This document shows, piece after piece, positions 17,581 to 28,575 of a stretch of 64,000 nucleotides of DNA. The stretch's first letter is position 1, and the number at the start of each line of letters is the position of its first letter. Position numbers and translations under genes: made by a program. The notes under the pieces are model-generated. The model made no database searches. It was given only the letters and a program-made list of their open reading frames with translations, and was not told where the DNA came from. Origin of the DNA: Peptococcaceae bacterium UBA4068 (GTDB lineage: Bacteria; Bacillota; Dehalobacteriia; UBA4068); contig DFZA01000009.1 in NCBI GenBank assembly GCA_002382665.1, positions 403,602-467,601 of the forward strand, read 5' to 3'.

Positions 17581-18009
17581 TTAAAATTCCCAGACTGCCG
17601 GTTTTTGAGCAGCATGCGGATGTTCACTGCCGGCATAAACTTTGAGCTTGGTAAACAGCGATCTGCCTAATCTGTTATGAGGAAGCATACCGCGCACGGC
17701 CTTCTCCAAAACCAGAGTCGGTCTAGTAGCCATTAAATCTTTGTAGGCAACTTCTCTAAGTCCACCCGGATAACCGCTGTAATGATAATATTTCTTTTGT
17801 TCCAATTTATTTCCTGTCAATACGACTTTATCGGCATTAATAATAATTATAAAATCACCGGTGTCCATATTGGGTGTAAAGATCGGTTTATGCTTACCGC
17901 GCAAAAGGCGGGCAGCCTCTGTAGAAACGCGTCCAAGAGGTTTCCCGGCCGCATCAATAATATACCAATCTCTTTGGATATCAGCTGGCTTTGCCATGTA
18001 AGTACCCAA
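17581..18009 (-). CDS. rplM: 50S ribosomal protein L13
   Basis: Likely TTG start at 18009 (GGAGGT RBS 7 nt upstream), reading [28 protein letters not shown]... The ORF-track start at 18072 has no RBS. Confidence 0.85.
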   Translation of the reverse strand: MGTYMAKPADIQRDWYIIDAAGKPLGRVSTEAARLLRGKHKPIFTPNMDTGDFIIIINADKVVLTGNKLEQKKYYHYSGYPGGLREVAYKDLMATRPTLVLEKAVRGMLPHNRLGRSLFTKLKVYAGSEHPHAAQKPAVWEF

Positions 18010-18087
18010 GTTGATTACCTCCTTAAAAAGCATTACAATCAATTCTGCGCTATTGTCACGGGGCCGAGACAAAGAGCGTACTTAGAT

Positions 18088-18116
18088 ATTATATATTTTA
18101 TAGCAATTACTGTCAA
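18088..18116 (-). promoter_or_regulatory. Consensus sigma-A promoter (TTGACA-17-TATAAT) for rplM-rpsI, followed by an about 75-nt leader (L13-leader-like)
   Basis: Minus sense: ttgacagtaattgctataaaatatataat. Confidence 0.5.
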
Positions 18117-18137
18117 GAAAAATATATACAAATTAGC

Positions 18138-18911
18138 TTATTTTTTATAGTATACTTCCGCCAAAAACAAGCCTTTAGCCGGCGCTAATTGAATGTTTTT
18201 ATGAAAACTGCCATCAAAATAACCGTTAATTTGTTCAGACGTTATAATACCTTGTCCCACAGCAATCAGACGGCAACAAATCATCCTCATCATTTTATAT
18301 AAAAAACCGTCTGCAATCGCCTCAATCATCAACGGATCATGCAAATACTGCCAGGGAAAATTCGGAGTAACATTTTGCGGCTGATAAATATCAATCGATT
18401 TAATATTACGCACGGTTGTTTTGGTTTTTCCTCCCCGCGCTGAAAAATGATAAAAATCATGTTCGCCAACTAATAACGCAGCGGCTGCCCGCATTGCATC
18501 AATATTGAGCTTCCCTTGCAGATGCCATCCGTAACGGCAGTTAAAAGCATTGGCTTCGGCTTGCTGATCAATCAGATATATATAGCGTTTACCGCAAGCA
18601 CTATAGCGGGCATGAAAGTCATCCGCCGCAGTGTTGGCACTAATAATCCTCACATCTGGCGGCAGGATATTGTTTAATGCCTGCTGCAGTCTTGAAGCGG
18701 GAAACGGTTTGGGGCACTCAAAACTCGCCACCTGTCCTAAGGCGTGAACGCCGCTATCCGTTCGGCCTGCGCCATCAACGGTTACAGGCTGATACAATAA
18801 TGATGTTAAAGCTTCCTCTATAGTTTGCTGGATAGTTATCTGACCAGCTTGCCGCTGCCAACCGCAATAATCTGTACCGTCATAGGCAATTGTCAGTTTG
18901 ATTTTTGCCAT
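18138..18911 (-). CDS. truA: tRNA pseudouridine(38-40) synthase TruA
   Basis: 257 aa, ...AAGRTDSGVHALGQVASF with the catalytic Asp motif. Confidence 0.9.
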   Translation of the reverse strand: MAKIKLTIAYDGTDYCGWQRQAGQITIQQTIEEALTSLLYQPVTVDGAGRTDSGVHALGQVASFECPKPFPASRLQQALNNILPPDVRIISANTAADDFHARYSACGKRYIYLIDQQAEANAFNCRYGWHLQGKLNIDAMRAAAALLVGEHDFYHFSARGGKTKTTVRNIKSIDIYQPQNVTPNFPWQYLHDPLMIEAIADGFLYKMMRMICCRLIAVGQGIITSEQINGYFDGSFHKNIQLAPAKGLFLAEVYYKK

Positions 18912-18912
18912 C

Positions 18913-19743
18913 TTAAATCCCCCGTAACAGCACTGCTACAACTACTATTGCGGTAAACACCAGCAAATATTCGCTGTCCCGTTGATGCCATTTAGCTACT
19001 TTCCAACGGCTGCGGCCTTCACCGCCGCGGTAGCATTTAGCTTCCATAGCTTGCGCCAATTCTTCGGCTCTGCGGAAAGCCGCTACAAACAACGGCACCA
19101 TTAAAGGAATTAACGCTTTCACCCGATTAAGAAAACTTCCTTGGCTGATCGTCGCGCCCCGCGCCCGCTGCGCTAAAATAATCCTGTCAAACTCTTCGAG
19201 AATAGTGGGGATAAAACGCAAGGCAATAGAGGTCATCATCGCAATTTCATGAGCAGGGAATTTAATTACCGTCAAAGGTTTAAACAAACCCTCAAGACCA
19301 TCCGTCAATTGAATAGGCGTTGTGGTCAGGGTTAGCAAAGAGGCAAAGGCAACCAATAACAGCAGGCGTAATCCCATGGCAATACCATGTAATATGCCCT
19401 GATCCGTCAATATTAAAGCTTTATATTGCCAGATAATTTCACCCTGGTCGTAAAAAAAGAAGTTAAAAACCATCGTCAGAATACTGAAATAGATAATAAC
19501 TTTTAACCCTCGCCAGACCGCTGTCATCGGCAAGCGCGAAATGGCTGTGTATAAGATAAATACCGCTGCCATCAACGCATATCCCCACCAGTTGTTGACC
19601 ACAAACAATGTTATCATATAAATCAAACTGGCTAATATTTTCGCTCTGGCGTCTAAACGGTGGATCGGGGAATCAACAGGATAATACTGACCGATCAGCA
19701 GCTTTTCCTTAAACATCGCCGCCACCTCCCAACCAGGCAGCAA
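18913..19743 (-). CDS. ecfT: ECF transporter transmembrane (T) component
   Basis: 276 aa membrane protein with a CbiQ/EcfT signature (ARGATISQG). Operonic with ecfA1/ecfA2. Confidence 0.85.
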   Translation of the reverse strand: MLPGWEVAAMFKEKLLIGQYYPVDSPIHRLDARAKILASLIYMITLFVVNNWWGYALMAAVFILYTAISRLPMTAVWRGLKVIIYFSILTMVFNFFFYDQGEIIWQYKALILTDQGILHGIAMGLRLLLLVAFASLLTLTTTPIQLTDGLEGLFKPLTVIKFPAHEIAMMTSIALRFIPTILEEFDRIILAQRARGATISQGSFLNRVKALIPLMVPLFVAAFRRAEELAQAMEAKCYRGGEGRSRWKVAKWHQRDSEYLLVFTAIVVVAVLLRGI

Positions 19744-20557
19744 TCTCCTGATAGGCTTCCTGAGCTGTGATTGCCTGAGCGCTCAGCGGTATACCCCTTT
19801 GGCGCAAACGCCTTACCAACTGCGCAGGTTGCGGTAAATCCAAACCGGATGTAAAAAGCTGTTGTTCGGCGGCAAATACTTGATGCGGATCACCGTCAAG
19901 TATTTTTTTGCCTGCAGATAATACAACTATCCTTTGGGCAATATCGGCAACTTCCTCCATATTATGAGAAATCCAGATGATTGTTTTGCCCTGCTGTTGC
20001 CACAGCCGTTTGACTAAATCTATAATCCAACGGCGGCCACGCTGATCGAGACCGGCCGTCGGCTCATCCAATATCATAATTTGCGGATTGATAGCCAATA
20101 TACTGGCTATCGCCACCCGCCTTTTTTGGCCGCCGGAAAGAGAGAAAGGCGAACGTTCCATAAATTGCTGAGGTTGCAAATCAACCTCAGTCAAAGCACT
20201 TTCCACGATACCGGCAAGCTCTTGTTCGGAAGCGCCATAATTTTTGGCGCCAAACGCAACCTCTTCAAATATTGTTTCAGCAAATAATTGCTGCTCCGGA
20301 TACTGGAATACCAGGCCAACCTGACGAAATACTCCACCTTTTGACGGTTTTGCGCCATCAATCAGCACCGAACCCGCAGTAGGCAATATTAAACCAGCTA
20401 ACAACTGCGCTAAAGTGCTTTTGCCGGAACCGCTGTGTCCGATAATCGCCACCAACTCATTCGCATCAATTGTCAGATCGATGTCATGCAGAGCCTCCAC
20501 TGCAAACGGGCTGTCTGCTTGATAGCTATAGCTTGCTTTAGTCAGCTCAATTTGCAT
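19709..20557 (-). CDS. ecfA2: ECF transporter ATPase EcfA2
   Basis: Walker A GHSGSGKST, ABC signature LSGGQKRR, Walker B ILDEPTAGLD. Confidence 0.88.
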   Translation of the reverse strand: MQIELTKASYSYQADSPFAVEALHDIDLTIDANELVAIIGHSGSGKSTLAQLLAGLILPTAGSVLIDGAKPSKGGVFRQVGLVFQYPEQQLFAETIFEEVAFGAKNYGASEQELAGIVESALTEVDLQPQQFMERSPFSLSGGQKRRVAIASILAINPQIMILDEPTAGLDQRGRRWIIDLVKRLWQQQGKTIIWISHNMEEVADIAQRIVVLSAGKKILDGDPHQVFAAEQQLFTSGLDLPQPAQLVRRLRQRGIPLSAQAITAQEAYQEIAAWLGGGGDV

Positions 20558-21357
20558 AGTGCCTCCACCAATTGATCTATATCACCGACACCGCGCAACT
20601 GCTGATAGCCCGCATCAGCCAATAATGAAGCTATTTGGCAAATAGACGGTAATTCCAGTCCCAGTTGTGATATCAACCCCGCGTCGGCAAAAATTTGCGT
20701 CGGCGTTCCCTGGGCAACGATAGCGCCGTCTGCCAAAGCTATTACCCGATCGGCTAAAAACGCCTCTTCGAGAATATTTGTAACGTAAACGATGCCCATC
20801 TGATAGTCAGTATACAACTGCTTTACCGCCGCCAAAACTTGAGAACGCAACTGCGGATCCAGCATCGAAGTAGGTTCGTCCATAATCAGATACTCCGCCG
20901 CCATAGCCAAGGCTCCGGCAATCGCTACTCTTTGCTTTTCACCGCCGGAGAGCAAATGCGGCGGTTTGTTCCGTAATTGCTGCAAACCGGTTATTTTTAA
21001 AGCATTCTCCACCCGCGCGCTAATTAATTCCGGCGCCAGGCCAAGATTCTCCGGTCCAAAGGCAATATCATCCTCCACCGATGTCGCAACCAATTGATTA
21101 TCGGGGTTTTGAAAAACGAAGGCTACCTTTGCTCGGATCTGCCAAAGTTGATCGCTATTTAAAACACTTAGGCCGTCGACAAAAACATTGCCGCTATCCG
21201 GTAATAAAAGGCCGTTGATTTGCCGCGCCAAAGTACTTTTACCCGAGCCGTTGGGGCCAATTATCGCCAACCATTCGCCTCGTGCAATATTGAGATTGAT
21301 ATCTTTTAATACCGGCGTATCATCATAAGCAAAGCAAACGCCTTTTATCTCGATCAT
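20542..21357 (-). CDS. ecfA1: ECF transporter ATPase EcfA1
   Basis: Walker A GPNGSGKST, LSGGEKQRVAIAGALA, MDEPTSMLD. Confidence 0.88.
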   Translation of the reverse strand: MIEIKGVCFAYDDTPVLKDINLNIARGEWLAIIGPNGSGKSTLARQINGLLLPDSGNVFVDGLSVLNSDQLWQIRAKVAFVFQNPDNQLVATSVEDDIAFGPENLGLAPELISARVENALKITGLQQLRNKPPHLLSGGEKQRVAIAGALAMAAEYLIMDEPTSMLDPQLRSQVLAAVKQLYTDYQMGIVYVTNILEEAFLADRVIALADGAIVAQGTPTQIFADAGLISQLGLELPSICQIASLLADAGYQQLRGVGDIDQLVEALCKLS

Positions 21358-21436
21358 GTAAACCTCCGGGCATATATAACAAAGCCAGGATAGGCTTTAT
21401 CTCCCATCCTGACTTTTGATGTTACACCCATACCAT

Positions 21437-21775
21437 CTAAACCAATTCTAGTAAAACCATATCGGCAGCATCGCCGCGTCTTTGACCTAAGCGTACGATG
21501 CGGGTATACCCGCCCTGACGATCGGCGTACTTTGTTGCCAGTTCGGAAAAGACTTTAGTCACGATATCCTCCTCGGTAACAAAAGCTAAAACCTCTCTAC
21601 GCGCCGCCAAATCACCTTTTTTACCTAAAGTAATCATCTTCTCGGCAACAGAAGCTATTTCTTTAGCGCGAGGTTCGGTTGTTTCAATTTTGCCGTTTTT
21701 GAAAAGAGAGGTGGTTGCGTTACGCAACAGTGAGCGTCTGTGAGCGCTCTTGACACCTAATCTCCGGTAAGCCAT
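21437..21775 (-). CDS. rplQ: 50S ribosomal protein L17
   Basis: 112 aa, [19 protein letters not shown]... Confidence 0.93.
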   Translation of the reverse strand: MAYRRLGVKSAHRRSLLRNATTSLFKNGKIETTEPRAKEIASVAEKMITLGKKGDLAARREVLAFVTEEDIVTKVFSELATKYADRQGGYTRIVRLGQRRGDAADMVLLELV

Positions 21776-21788
21776 ATCTTACTCCTCC

Positions 21789-22736
21789 TCACTCATCAGA
21801 CTTTTTTAAAGCCATGCCCAACTCATTCAATTTGCCTATGACCTCTTCCAAGGATTTACGTCCTAAATTGCGCACTTTCATCATTTCATCTTCGCTACGA
21901 GACGCCAATTCCTGAACAGTATGGATTCCGGCACGTTTCAAGCAGTTGTAGGAACGTACGGAGAGATCGAGTTCTTCGATGGTCATCTCCAACAGTTTTC
22001 CTTTAATGCTTTCCTCTTTTTCGACCAAGGCAATTTCCTGCGGGACTCTGCCGGCCAAGCCGATGAACAATCCTAAATAATCACTTAAGATATGCGCTGA
22101 CGAACTAAGCGCTTCATCAGGCGCGATAGTTTTGTCGGTCCAAATATCTATCGTCAGCTTATCATAATCGATTTGCTGACCGACACGCGTATCTTCCACT
22201 GTAAAATACACTTTGATTACAGGTGAAAACAGTGAATCAATCGGGATAATGCCTATCGGATGGCCCTCTTTTTTATTCTTATCGGCGCTAACATAACCGC
22301 GCCCTTTTTCTACAGTAATTTCCGCTTTTAAAACACCATCGCTATCAAGCGTGGCAATATAATGATCTGGATTTAGTATTTCAACATCCGCGTCACACTT
22401 GATATCTCCGGCAGTTACAGCACCCGGACCTGCCGCATCAATATAGATAATGCGCGGCTCGTCGCAATACATTTTGATCGAAAGGCCCTTGATATTAAGG
22501 ATAATATCGGTAACATCTTCAACAACACCGGGAACTGCGGAGAATTCGTGCAACACTCCTGCCACCTTGACGGAAGTCGCCGCAGCACCGGGTAAAGAAG
22601 ACAACAACACTCTTCTCAGCGAATTGCCAAGCGTCATGCCATAGCCTCTTTCCAACGGTTCTACGGTAAATCTACCATACGAATTATCCTGGGAAATTTC
22701 CACACATTGAATTTTCGGTTTTTCGATTCCAAACAT
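21789..22736 (-). CDS. rpoA: DNA-directed RNA polymerase alpha subunit
   Basis: 315 aa with an N-terminal dimerisation domain and the alpha-CTD ([16 protein letters not shown]). Confidence 0.93.
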   Translation of the reverse strand: MFGIEKPKIQCVEISQDNSYGRFTVEPLERGYGMTLGNSLRRVLLSSLPGAAATSVKVAGVLHEFSAVPGVVEDVTDIILNIKGLSIKMYCDEPRIIYIDAAGPGAVTAGDIKCDADVEILNPDHYIATLDSDGVLKAEITVEKGRGYVSADKNKKEGHPIGIIPIDSLFSPVIKVYFTVEDTRVGQQIDYDKLTIDIWTDKTIAPDEALSSSAHILSDYLGLFIGLAGRVPQEIALVEKEESIKGKLLEMTIEELDLSVRSYNCLKRAGIHTVQELASRSEDEMMKVRNLGRKSLEEVIGKLNELGMALKKSDE

Positions 22737-22788
22737 TTAATCCCTCCTTACTGGGGACCGTAAATTAGCTTGCGACCGGTCATATCTA

Positions 22789-23424
22789 TTAACGGGAGTA
22801 CAACTCAACGATCAGTTGTTCATTGATTGGCAAATCAATATCGTCACGCTCCGGCCTGGCTATAACTTTACCGGACAGATTGTCCTTGTCAACTTCCAGC
22901 CACTTAGGTGCAGTACGATGCACTATAGCAGCGGCCATATCAACAAATTTGGGGCTTTTAACACTATTTTCACGTAAGGTAATTACATCACCGACCTTGA
23001 CTAAATAGGACGGAATATCAACTTTCTTGCCGTTGACCAGGAAATGGCCGTGACGGACTACTTGCCTGGCGTCTATTCTAGAAGAAGCCATGCCCAAACG
23101 GAAAATAACATTATCAAGGCGGCATTCCAAAAGTGACAGCAAGTTTTCGCCGGTAACACCTTTTTGTCTCTCCGCTTTTTTAAAATAGATCCTGAATTGT
23201 TTTTCCTGGATCCCGTAAATACGGCGGACTTTTTGCTTTTCTCTTAATTGAATGCCATATTCGGAAACCTTCTTGCGCATTTGCGACGGACCATGTTGTC
23301 CGGGCACATGACCTTTCTTTGTTTCAAAAGAGCATTTACCGGAATAACAACGATCGCCTTTGAGGTAAAGTTTCATACCCTCACGACGGCAAAGCCGGCA
23401 AACAGCACCTGTATATCTTGCCAT
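22789..23424 (-). CDS. rpsD: 30S ribosomal protein S4
   Basis: 211 aa, [31 protein letters not shown] zinc form. Confidence 0.93.
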   Translation of the reverse strand: MARYTGAVCRLCRREGMKLYLKGDRCYSGKCSFETKKGHVPGQHGPSQMRKKVSEYGIQLREKQKVRRIYGIQEKQFRIYFKKAERQKGVTGENLLSLLECRLDNVIFRLGMASSRIDARQVVRHGHFLVNGKKVDIPSYLVKVGDVITLRENSVKSPKFVDMAAAIVHRTAPKWLEVDKDNLSGKVIARPERDDIDLPINEQLIVELYSR

Positions 23425-23436
23425 TGAACTTACCTC

Positions 23437-23823
23437 CTAAACTCTTCTTCTTTTCGGCGGTCTGCAGCCGTTATGCGGTATGGGAGTAACATCCTTGATC
23501 ATGCTAACTTCTAAACCTGCCGCCTGCAAAGAACGAATTGCAGCTTCACGACCGGAGCCCGGTCCTTTAACAAAACATTCGACCTGACGCATACCATGGT
23601 CCATGGCTTCTTTAGCAGCAGTTTCTGCAGCCATCTGCGCTGCATACGGCGTGCTTTTACGTGAACCTTTGAAGCCCATTGCACCAGCTGAAGACCAGGA
23701 TACGGCGTTACCGAATTTATCGGTAATTGTTACAATGGTGTTATTAAAAGTTGATTGAATATGGGCCACGCCCGATTCAACATTTTTTTTCTCTTTTTTT
23801 CTCCGAGTTTGTCTGCGTGCCAA
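23437..23823 (-). CDS. rpsK: 30S ribosomal protein S11
   Basis: 128 aa. Confidence 0.93.
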   Translation of the reverse strand: MARRQTRRKKEKKNVESGVAHIQSTFNNTIVTITDKFGNAVSWSSAGAMGFKGSRKSTPYAAQMAAETAAKEAMDHGMRQVECFVKGPGSGREAAIRSLQAAGLEVSMIKDVTPIPHNGCRPPKRRRV

Positions 23824-23842
23824 AATTGTGTCCTCCCTTCTA

Positions 23843-24214
23843 TTATTTCTTTCTTCTAACGCCTACTGTACGTTTCGGACCTTTTCTGGTACGGGCGTTA
23901 GTTTTGGTTCTCTGTCCACGCACGGGTAAGCCGCGGCGATGACGAATCCCCCTGTAGCAACCGATCTCTGACAACCGTTTAATATTTAGCGCGATTTCTC
24001 TGCGCAAGTCGCCTTCGACCGGACAAGTTCTCGACAAGACCTCTCTGATTCTGACTGTCTCGTCTTCTGTCAGGTCTTTAACTCTAGTGTCAGGATTGAC
24101 ACCAGCCTCAGCGAGAATTTTCTGGGAAGTTTTCAAACCTATACCATAGATATAGGTCAAGCCTATTTCCACTCTTTTCTCTTTCGGCAGGTCAACTCCA
24201 GCAATACGTGCCAT
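23843..24214 (-). CDS. rpsM: 30S ribosomal protein S13
   Basis: 123 aa, [26 protein letters not shown]. Confidence 0.93.
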   Translation of the reverse strand: MARIAGVDLPKEKRVEIGLTYIYGIGLKTSQKILAEAGVNPDTRVKDLTEDETVRIREVLSRTCPVEGDLRREIALNIKRLSEIGCYRGIRHRRGLPVRGQRTKTNARTRKGPKRTVGVRRKK

Positions 24215-24255
24215 TAATGCAACACCTCCACGAAAAAATTTGCATATTTTTAAAT

Positions 24256-24369
24256 TTAACCTTGTGTTTGTTTATGCTTGGTATTGGGGCAAATCACCAT
24301 GACTTTGCCTCTTCTTTTGATAATGCGGCATTTTTCACAAATAGGTTTAACAGAAGCTCTGACTTTCAT
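24256..24369 (-). CDS. rpmJ: 50S ribosomal protein L36 (zinc-ribbon C+ form)
   Basis: Not in the ORF track. Manual translation gives [37 protein letters not shown], with a GGGGGT RBS 8 nt upstream. Confidence 0.85.
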   Translation of the reverse strand: MKVRASVKPICEKCRIIKRRGKVMVICPNTKHKQTQG

Positions 24370-24404
24370 ATAGAAACCCCCTTTGATCAAAAACTAACTA
24401 GAAA

Positions 24405-24623
24405 CTATTTATAACGATAGGTAATCCGGCCTCTTTTGAGATCGTAAGGACTCAATTCCACAGTTACTTTATCCCCGGGCAGAATACGAATATAATTAGT
24501 GCGGATCTTACCTGAGATATGCGCTAATATCCGGTGTCCGTTGGCAAGTTCCACAGTAAACATTGCATTCGGCAACGGTTCAATGACAACGCCATCTATT
24601 TCGATAGCATCTTGTTTGGACAT
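24405..24623 (-). CDS. infA: Translation initiation factor IF-1
   Basis: 72 aa, [41 protein letters not shown]. Confidence 0.93.
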   Translation of the reverse strand: MSKQDAIEIDGVVIEPLPNAMFTVELANGHRILAHISGKIRTNYIRILPGDKVTVELSPYDLKRGRITYRYK

Positions 24624-24976
24624 TGAAATTCCCCCTTTCCGGCATTTTCGCCTTTGTACATCTTGTTTAAATTCTCTCTGATGACTTCGTCGGTTAATTT
24701 TCCTTGCTCGATTAAGGTTATCAGGTCAGCCGCTACCTGATGGCATTTTTGCAGATGTTGCTGATTTTTCTTTTTAGGATTGGCAATTTTGCGGCGTAAG
24801 CCGTCGGCAACTACCACCCAGTATCCCTCAAAGGCAATTATCAAATAATACTGGCCATTGTCGCGGCCCGCCTTGGAGCGAACCAATTGTCCTACCTCAA
24901 GACCGTACTGAGAGGATGTATCCGTTCTATTGGTATCGGAGCTTTTCCTTTCAGCAGCACTGCTATACTTTGCCAT
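24596..24976 (-). CDS. KOW-domain RNA-binding protein of the adk-infA interval
   Basis: 126 aa with a KOW-like core ([18 protein letters not shown]). A similar gene sits between adk/map and infA in many Clostridia. Overlaps infA by 28 nt. No map gene at this locus. Confidence 0.55.
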   Translation of the reverse strand: MAKYSSAAERKSSDTNRTDTSSQYGLEVGQLVRSKAGRDNGQYYLIIAFEGYWVVVADGLRRKIANPKKKNQQHLQKCHQVAADLITLIEQGKLTDEVIRENLNKMYKGENAGKGEFQCPNKMLSK

Positions 24977-25044
24977 TAAATATTCCTTTCACCGATTACG
25001 AATAAAGCGAAACGAAGTTTGGCGAAAAGTACCACCGAAAACCT

Positions 25045-25698
25045 TTAATTCCATTTTTCCCCTAAAGCTTCGCCCATATCTGCCAAAACGGCATTTATCG
25101 GCTGGTCACCATTGATATTGTGAAGGACATCCTTCTTAGCGTAATAGTCAATTAAAGGAGCCGTTTGTTCATGATAGACCTTGAGACGATTTTTAACGGT
25201 ATCCTCCTGATCATCGCTGCGCTGATACAGTTCGCTGCCACAGTTATCGCAGATACCTTCTTTTTGTGGGGCATTGTAAAGCTGATGATAGATGCTACCG
25301 CAGGATTTGCACATGCGCCTGCCAGACAGACGCAAAATCAATTGCTCATCAGGAACGCTGATATTGATAACCGCATCAAGAGTAGTATTCATCTCTCCCA
25401 TCAGTTTATCAAGAGCCTCGGCCTGTGCTAAAGTACGAGGAAAACCGTCGAGCAGGAAACCTTCCCTACAGTCGTCATGGCTGATTCTGTCCTTAATGAT
25501 TCCAATAGTAATTTCATCGGGAACAAGAATTCCCTTGTTGATATATTCTTTGGCTTCATTTCCCATCGGCGTACCGGCGCTCATAGCAGCACGGAACATA
25601 TCACCAGTGGAAATATGAGGTACAAAGAGCTTTTTTGTTAAAACATCAGCCTGTGTTCCTTTACCAGCTCCGGGTGGACCGAGCAATACGATTCGCAT
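25045..25698 (-). CDS. adk: Adenylate kinase (zinc-lid form)
   Basis: GPPGAGKGTQ P-loop. Lid CKSCGSIYH...CDNCGSEL. Confidence 0.93.
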   Translation of the reverse strand: MRIVLLGPPGAGKGTQADVLTKKLFVPHISTGDMFRAAMSAGTPMGNEAKEYINKGILVPDEITIGIIKDRISHDDCREGFLLDGFPRTLAQAEALDKLMGEMNTTLDAVINISVPDEQLILRLSGRRMCKSCGSIYHQLYNAPQKEGICDNCGSELYQRSDDQEDTVKNRLKVYHEQTAPLIDYYAKKDVLHNINGDQPINAVLADMGEALGEKWN

Positions 25699-25712
25699 AT
25701 TTTAATCCCCCT

Positions 25713-26969
25713 TTATTTCATAAAACCTTGATAGTGACGCATTAACAAATGCGACTCAATTTGTTTCATGGTATCTAAAGCAACACCGACGGCAATCAGT
25801 AACGAAGTGCCACCAAAATATAGATTCATTCCGGTAATTGTCATAAAAATGCTGGGAATCAAAGCAATAATCGTTAAAAATGTAGCACCGGAAAAAGTTA
25901 AACGGGATAATATCTTATCTAAATATTCCGCTGTTGGGCGACCCGGACGTAGACCCGGTATAAAGCCGCCGTTCTTCTTCATATTATCGGCCACGTCGAC
26001 AGTATTAAACGTCGCGGCAGTATAAAAGTAAGTGAATAAGAAGATCAACAGTGCGTAACAAACGATATAAACCGGATGTTGGAAATTAAATACTTTATCA
26101 AGCCAGGCAGCAAATCCACTGTTCTTGGCAAAGAAACCGGCCAGCATTTGCGGAAACATTAGTATCGACATGGCGAAAATGATCGGTATTACGCCTGCCT
26201 GGTTAATCCGCATCGGTATATGGGTGCTTTGCCCGCCGTAAACCTTACGTCCGACAACTCTCTTGGCATACTGGACAGGTATACGTCTTTGCGCTTCCTG
26301 GACGGCAACTACACCGGCAATCAGCAATATTGCACAAACAGCAAAGATAATTATTGCTGTATAACTAACGCTGCCTGAAGTTGCGTATGATTTAATTGTA
26401 TAAAGGCCTTGTGGCAGCCTGGAAACGATACCGATAAAAATGATCAGTGAAATACCGTTACCGATACCTTTCTCAGTAATCAATTCGCCAATCCACATTA
26501 ACAATGCCGTACCGGCAGTCAAAGTAATGGTACAAACGATGATTGACCAGACTCCAGGAGTAATCATTGCACTTTTAAGATAGATCGCCATAATAACAGC
26601 TTGAGCAAATCCCAGACCAATAGCGCCATAACGCGTATATTGTGTCATCTTTTTTCTGCCTTCCTGACCTTCTTTGGCCAGTTCTTGGAAATACGGCACC
26701 ACCATCGTCAATAACTGGATAATGATCGAGGCATTGATGTACGGGATAATTCCCATGGCAAAGATGGTCAGGTTTTTGAAAGAACCGCCGGAAATGATAT
26801 CTATCCAACCAAAAAATTGTGAAGAAAACATACTGGAAACTAAATCCGTATTAATACCTGGCACAGGAATATGGCATCCCAATCTGAATACCACAAACAT
26901 CAGTAAAGTAAAAAGTATCTTTTTACGTAATTCGGGAACTTTCCATGCGTTGACCAATGCTGAAAACAT
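25713..26969 (-). CDS. secY: Preprotein translocase subunit SecY
   Basis: 418 aa, 10 TM helices. Confidence 0.93.
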   Translation of the reverse strand: MFSALVNAWKVPELRKKILFTLLMFVVFRLGCHIPVPGINTDLVSSMFSSQFFGWIDIISGGSFKNLTIFAMGIIPYINASIIIQLLTMVVPYFQELAKEGQEGRKKMTQYTRYGAIGLGFAQAVIMAIYLKSAMITPGVWSIIVCTITLTAGTALLMWIGELITEKGIGNGISLIIFIGIVSRLPQGLYTIKSYATSGSVSYTAIIIFAVCAILLIAGVVAVQEAQRRIPVQYAKRVVGRKVYGGQSTHIPMRINQAGVIPIIFAMSILMFPQMLAGFFAKNSGFAAWLDKVFNFQHPVYIVCYALLIFLFTYFYTAATFNTVDVADNMKKNGGFIPGLRPGRPTAEYLDKILSRLTFSGATFLTIIALIPSIFMTITGMNLYFGGTSLLIAVGVALDTMKQIESHLLMRHYQGFMK

Positions 26970-27406
26970 TAAACCACCTCGACTTTTCCGCCCAATGCTG
27001 TAATCTTTTCCGCTGCGGACGAAGAAACAGGAACAGCGACGGTTAGTTTTTTGGTTAATTCACCGTTATTCAAAACCTTAACGCCATCCTTAACTCTTTT
27101 AATAATGCCGGATGTCAATAAAAGCTCAGCAGTGACGACAGTACCGTCTTCAAACTGCTCTAATGCACCCAAATTAACCTCGACAATATTTTTCTTGTAG
27201 ATGTTGGTAAAGCCACGCTTTGGCAAACGACGGGATAAAGGCATCTGACCGCCTTCAAAACCGGGTCGAACGCCGCCGCCGCTACGGGAATTTTGACCTT
27301 TATGACCGCGTGCTGAGGTCTTGCCTTTTCCGGAACCGATACCTCTGCCGACTCTGGTCGCATCCTTACGGGAGCCTTCTGCTGGCTGTAATTGATTAAG
27401 CTTCAT
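26969..27406 (-). CDS. rplO: 50S ribosomal protein L15
   Basis: Start refined to the ATG at 27406 ([15 protein letters not shown]). GGGAGGTG RBS 6 nt upstream. Confidence 0.9.
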   Translation of the reverse strand: MKLNQLQPAEGSRKDATRVGRGIGSGKGKTSARGHKGQNSRSGGGVRPGFEGGQMPLSRRLPKRGFTNIYKKNIVEVNLGALEQFEDGTVVTAELLLTSGIIKRVKDGVKVLNNGELTKKLTVAVPVSSSAAEKITALGGKVEVV

Positions 27407-27424
27407 GCTTACACCTCCCTGCAA

Positions 27425-27622
27425 TTATTTATCGGCTTCCTCGACAACCTGTTCTACAGTGACCAGATGAGCAATACTGCGCACCTTACCCATAATATCG
27501 GGAGTGTCTTCCTGGATTACCGAGGAATGCATCTTCTTTAAGCCAAGCGCAACTGCCGTGGCTCTTTGCTTTTTATTGTAACCAATGGGGCTTTTTGTGA
27601 GAGTTATTTTGATTTTTGCCAT
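27425..27622 (-). CDS. rpmD: 50S ribosomal protein L30
   Basis: Start refined to the ATG at 27622 ([14 protein letters not shown]). GGGGGAG RBS 7 nt upstream. Confidence 0.88.
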   Translation of the reverse strand: MAKIKITLTKSPIGYNKKQRATAVALGLKKMHSSVIQEDTPDIMGKVRSIAHLVTVEQVVEEADK

Positions 27623-27635
27623 TATTTTCTCCCCC

Positions 27636-28136
27636 TTAACCCAAAATTTCTTCGGGAGTTTTACCTCTTTGACGGCAAACTTTTTCAACCGTCTTTAAGG
27701 ATTTTAAACCTTCTATGGTCGCCTGTACCATATTAACAGGAGTATTGGAGCCCAGCGATTTGGTAAGGATGTTTTTCATACCGGCTAATTCCAATACCGC
27801 ACGCACTGGGCCACCGGCAATAACGCCTGTACCATCGGCAGCAGGTTTGAGCAATACTTTGCCGGCGCCGAAACACCCGATAACTTGATGCGGAATTGTG
27901 GAATGGAGTAGAGGAACATCGATCATATGCTTTTTAGCATCCTCTACACCTTTTCTAATCGCTTCCGGCACCTCGCTGGCTTTGCCCATGCCGGAGCCAA
28001 CGCGTCCATTGCCGTCACCAACAACTACCAGGGCGCTAAAGCTGAAACGACGACCACCCTTAACGACCTTGGCGACACGGTTGATAAATACTACACGCTC
28101 TTGTAATTCGACAACGTTTTCTTCTGTGTTTATCAT
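27636..28136 (-). CDS. rpsE: 30S ribosomal protein S5
   Basis: 166 aa. Confidence 0.93.
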   Translation of the reverse strand: MINTEENVVELQERVVFINRVAKVVKGGRRFSFSALVVVGDGNGRVGSGMGKASEVPEAIRKGVEDAKKHMIDVPLLHSTIPHQVIGCFGAGKVLLKPAADGTGVIAGGPVRAVLELAGMKNILTKSLGSNTPVNMVQATIEGLKSLKTVEKVCRQRGKTPEEILG

Positions 28137-28153
28137 TACTTAACCTCCTTCGC

Positions 28154-28516
28154 CTAAAACTGCAGGCCGCCTTTCCTGGCGCCTTCCGCTAAAGCGGCAA
28201 TGCGGCCATGATACATCAAACCGCCTCTGTCAAAAACGGCGCATTTGATGCCGGCGGCAACAGCCTTCTCAGCCAATAATTGGCCAGTTTTTTCGGCAGC
28301 CGCAGCATTTCCGCCATAGGTATCCTTGCACGCACCCTCTAAAGTAGAGGCCGCGGCCAAAGTAACGCCTTTGACATCATCGATCAGTTGGGCATATATA
28401 TGCTTGTTACTCCGATAAACTACCAAACGCGGGCAATCCGCCGTACCGGAAATATTCTTGCGGATCCGGTAATGCTTCTTGACTTTGATAGCCTTGCGAT
28501 CAATCCGTTTATACAT
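28154..28516 (-). CDS. rplR: 50S ribosomal protein L18
   Basis: 120 aa. Confidence 0.93.
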   Translation of the reverse strand: MYKRIDRKAIKVKKHYRIRKNISGTADCPRLVVYRSNKHIYAQLIDDVKGVTLAAASTLEGACKDTYGGNAAAAEKTGQLLAEKAVAAGIKCAVFDRGGLMYHGRIAALAEGARKGGLQF

Positions 28517-28575
28517 TCATTGCGCTCCTTTCTACCTCAAAAGAAGATTATATCCTTCTTTTTTTCGGCAGCGAC

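Noticed and set aside
24977-25044. Missing map (methionine aminopeptidase) between adk and infA as a deletion or pseudogene
   Set aside because: The intergenic gap is only 68 nt with no ORF remnants. map is simply encoded elsewhere, and a KOW-domain gene occupies the adk-infA interval as in many Clostridia.
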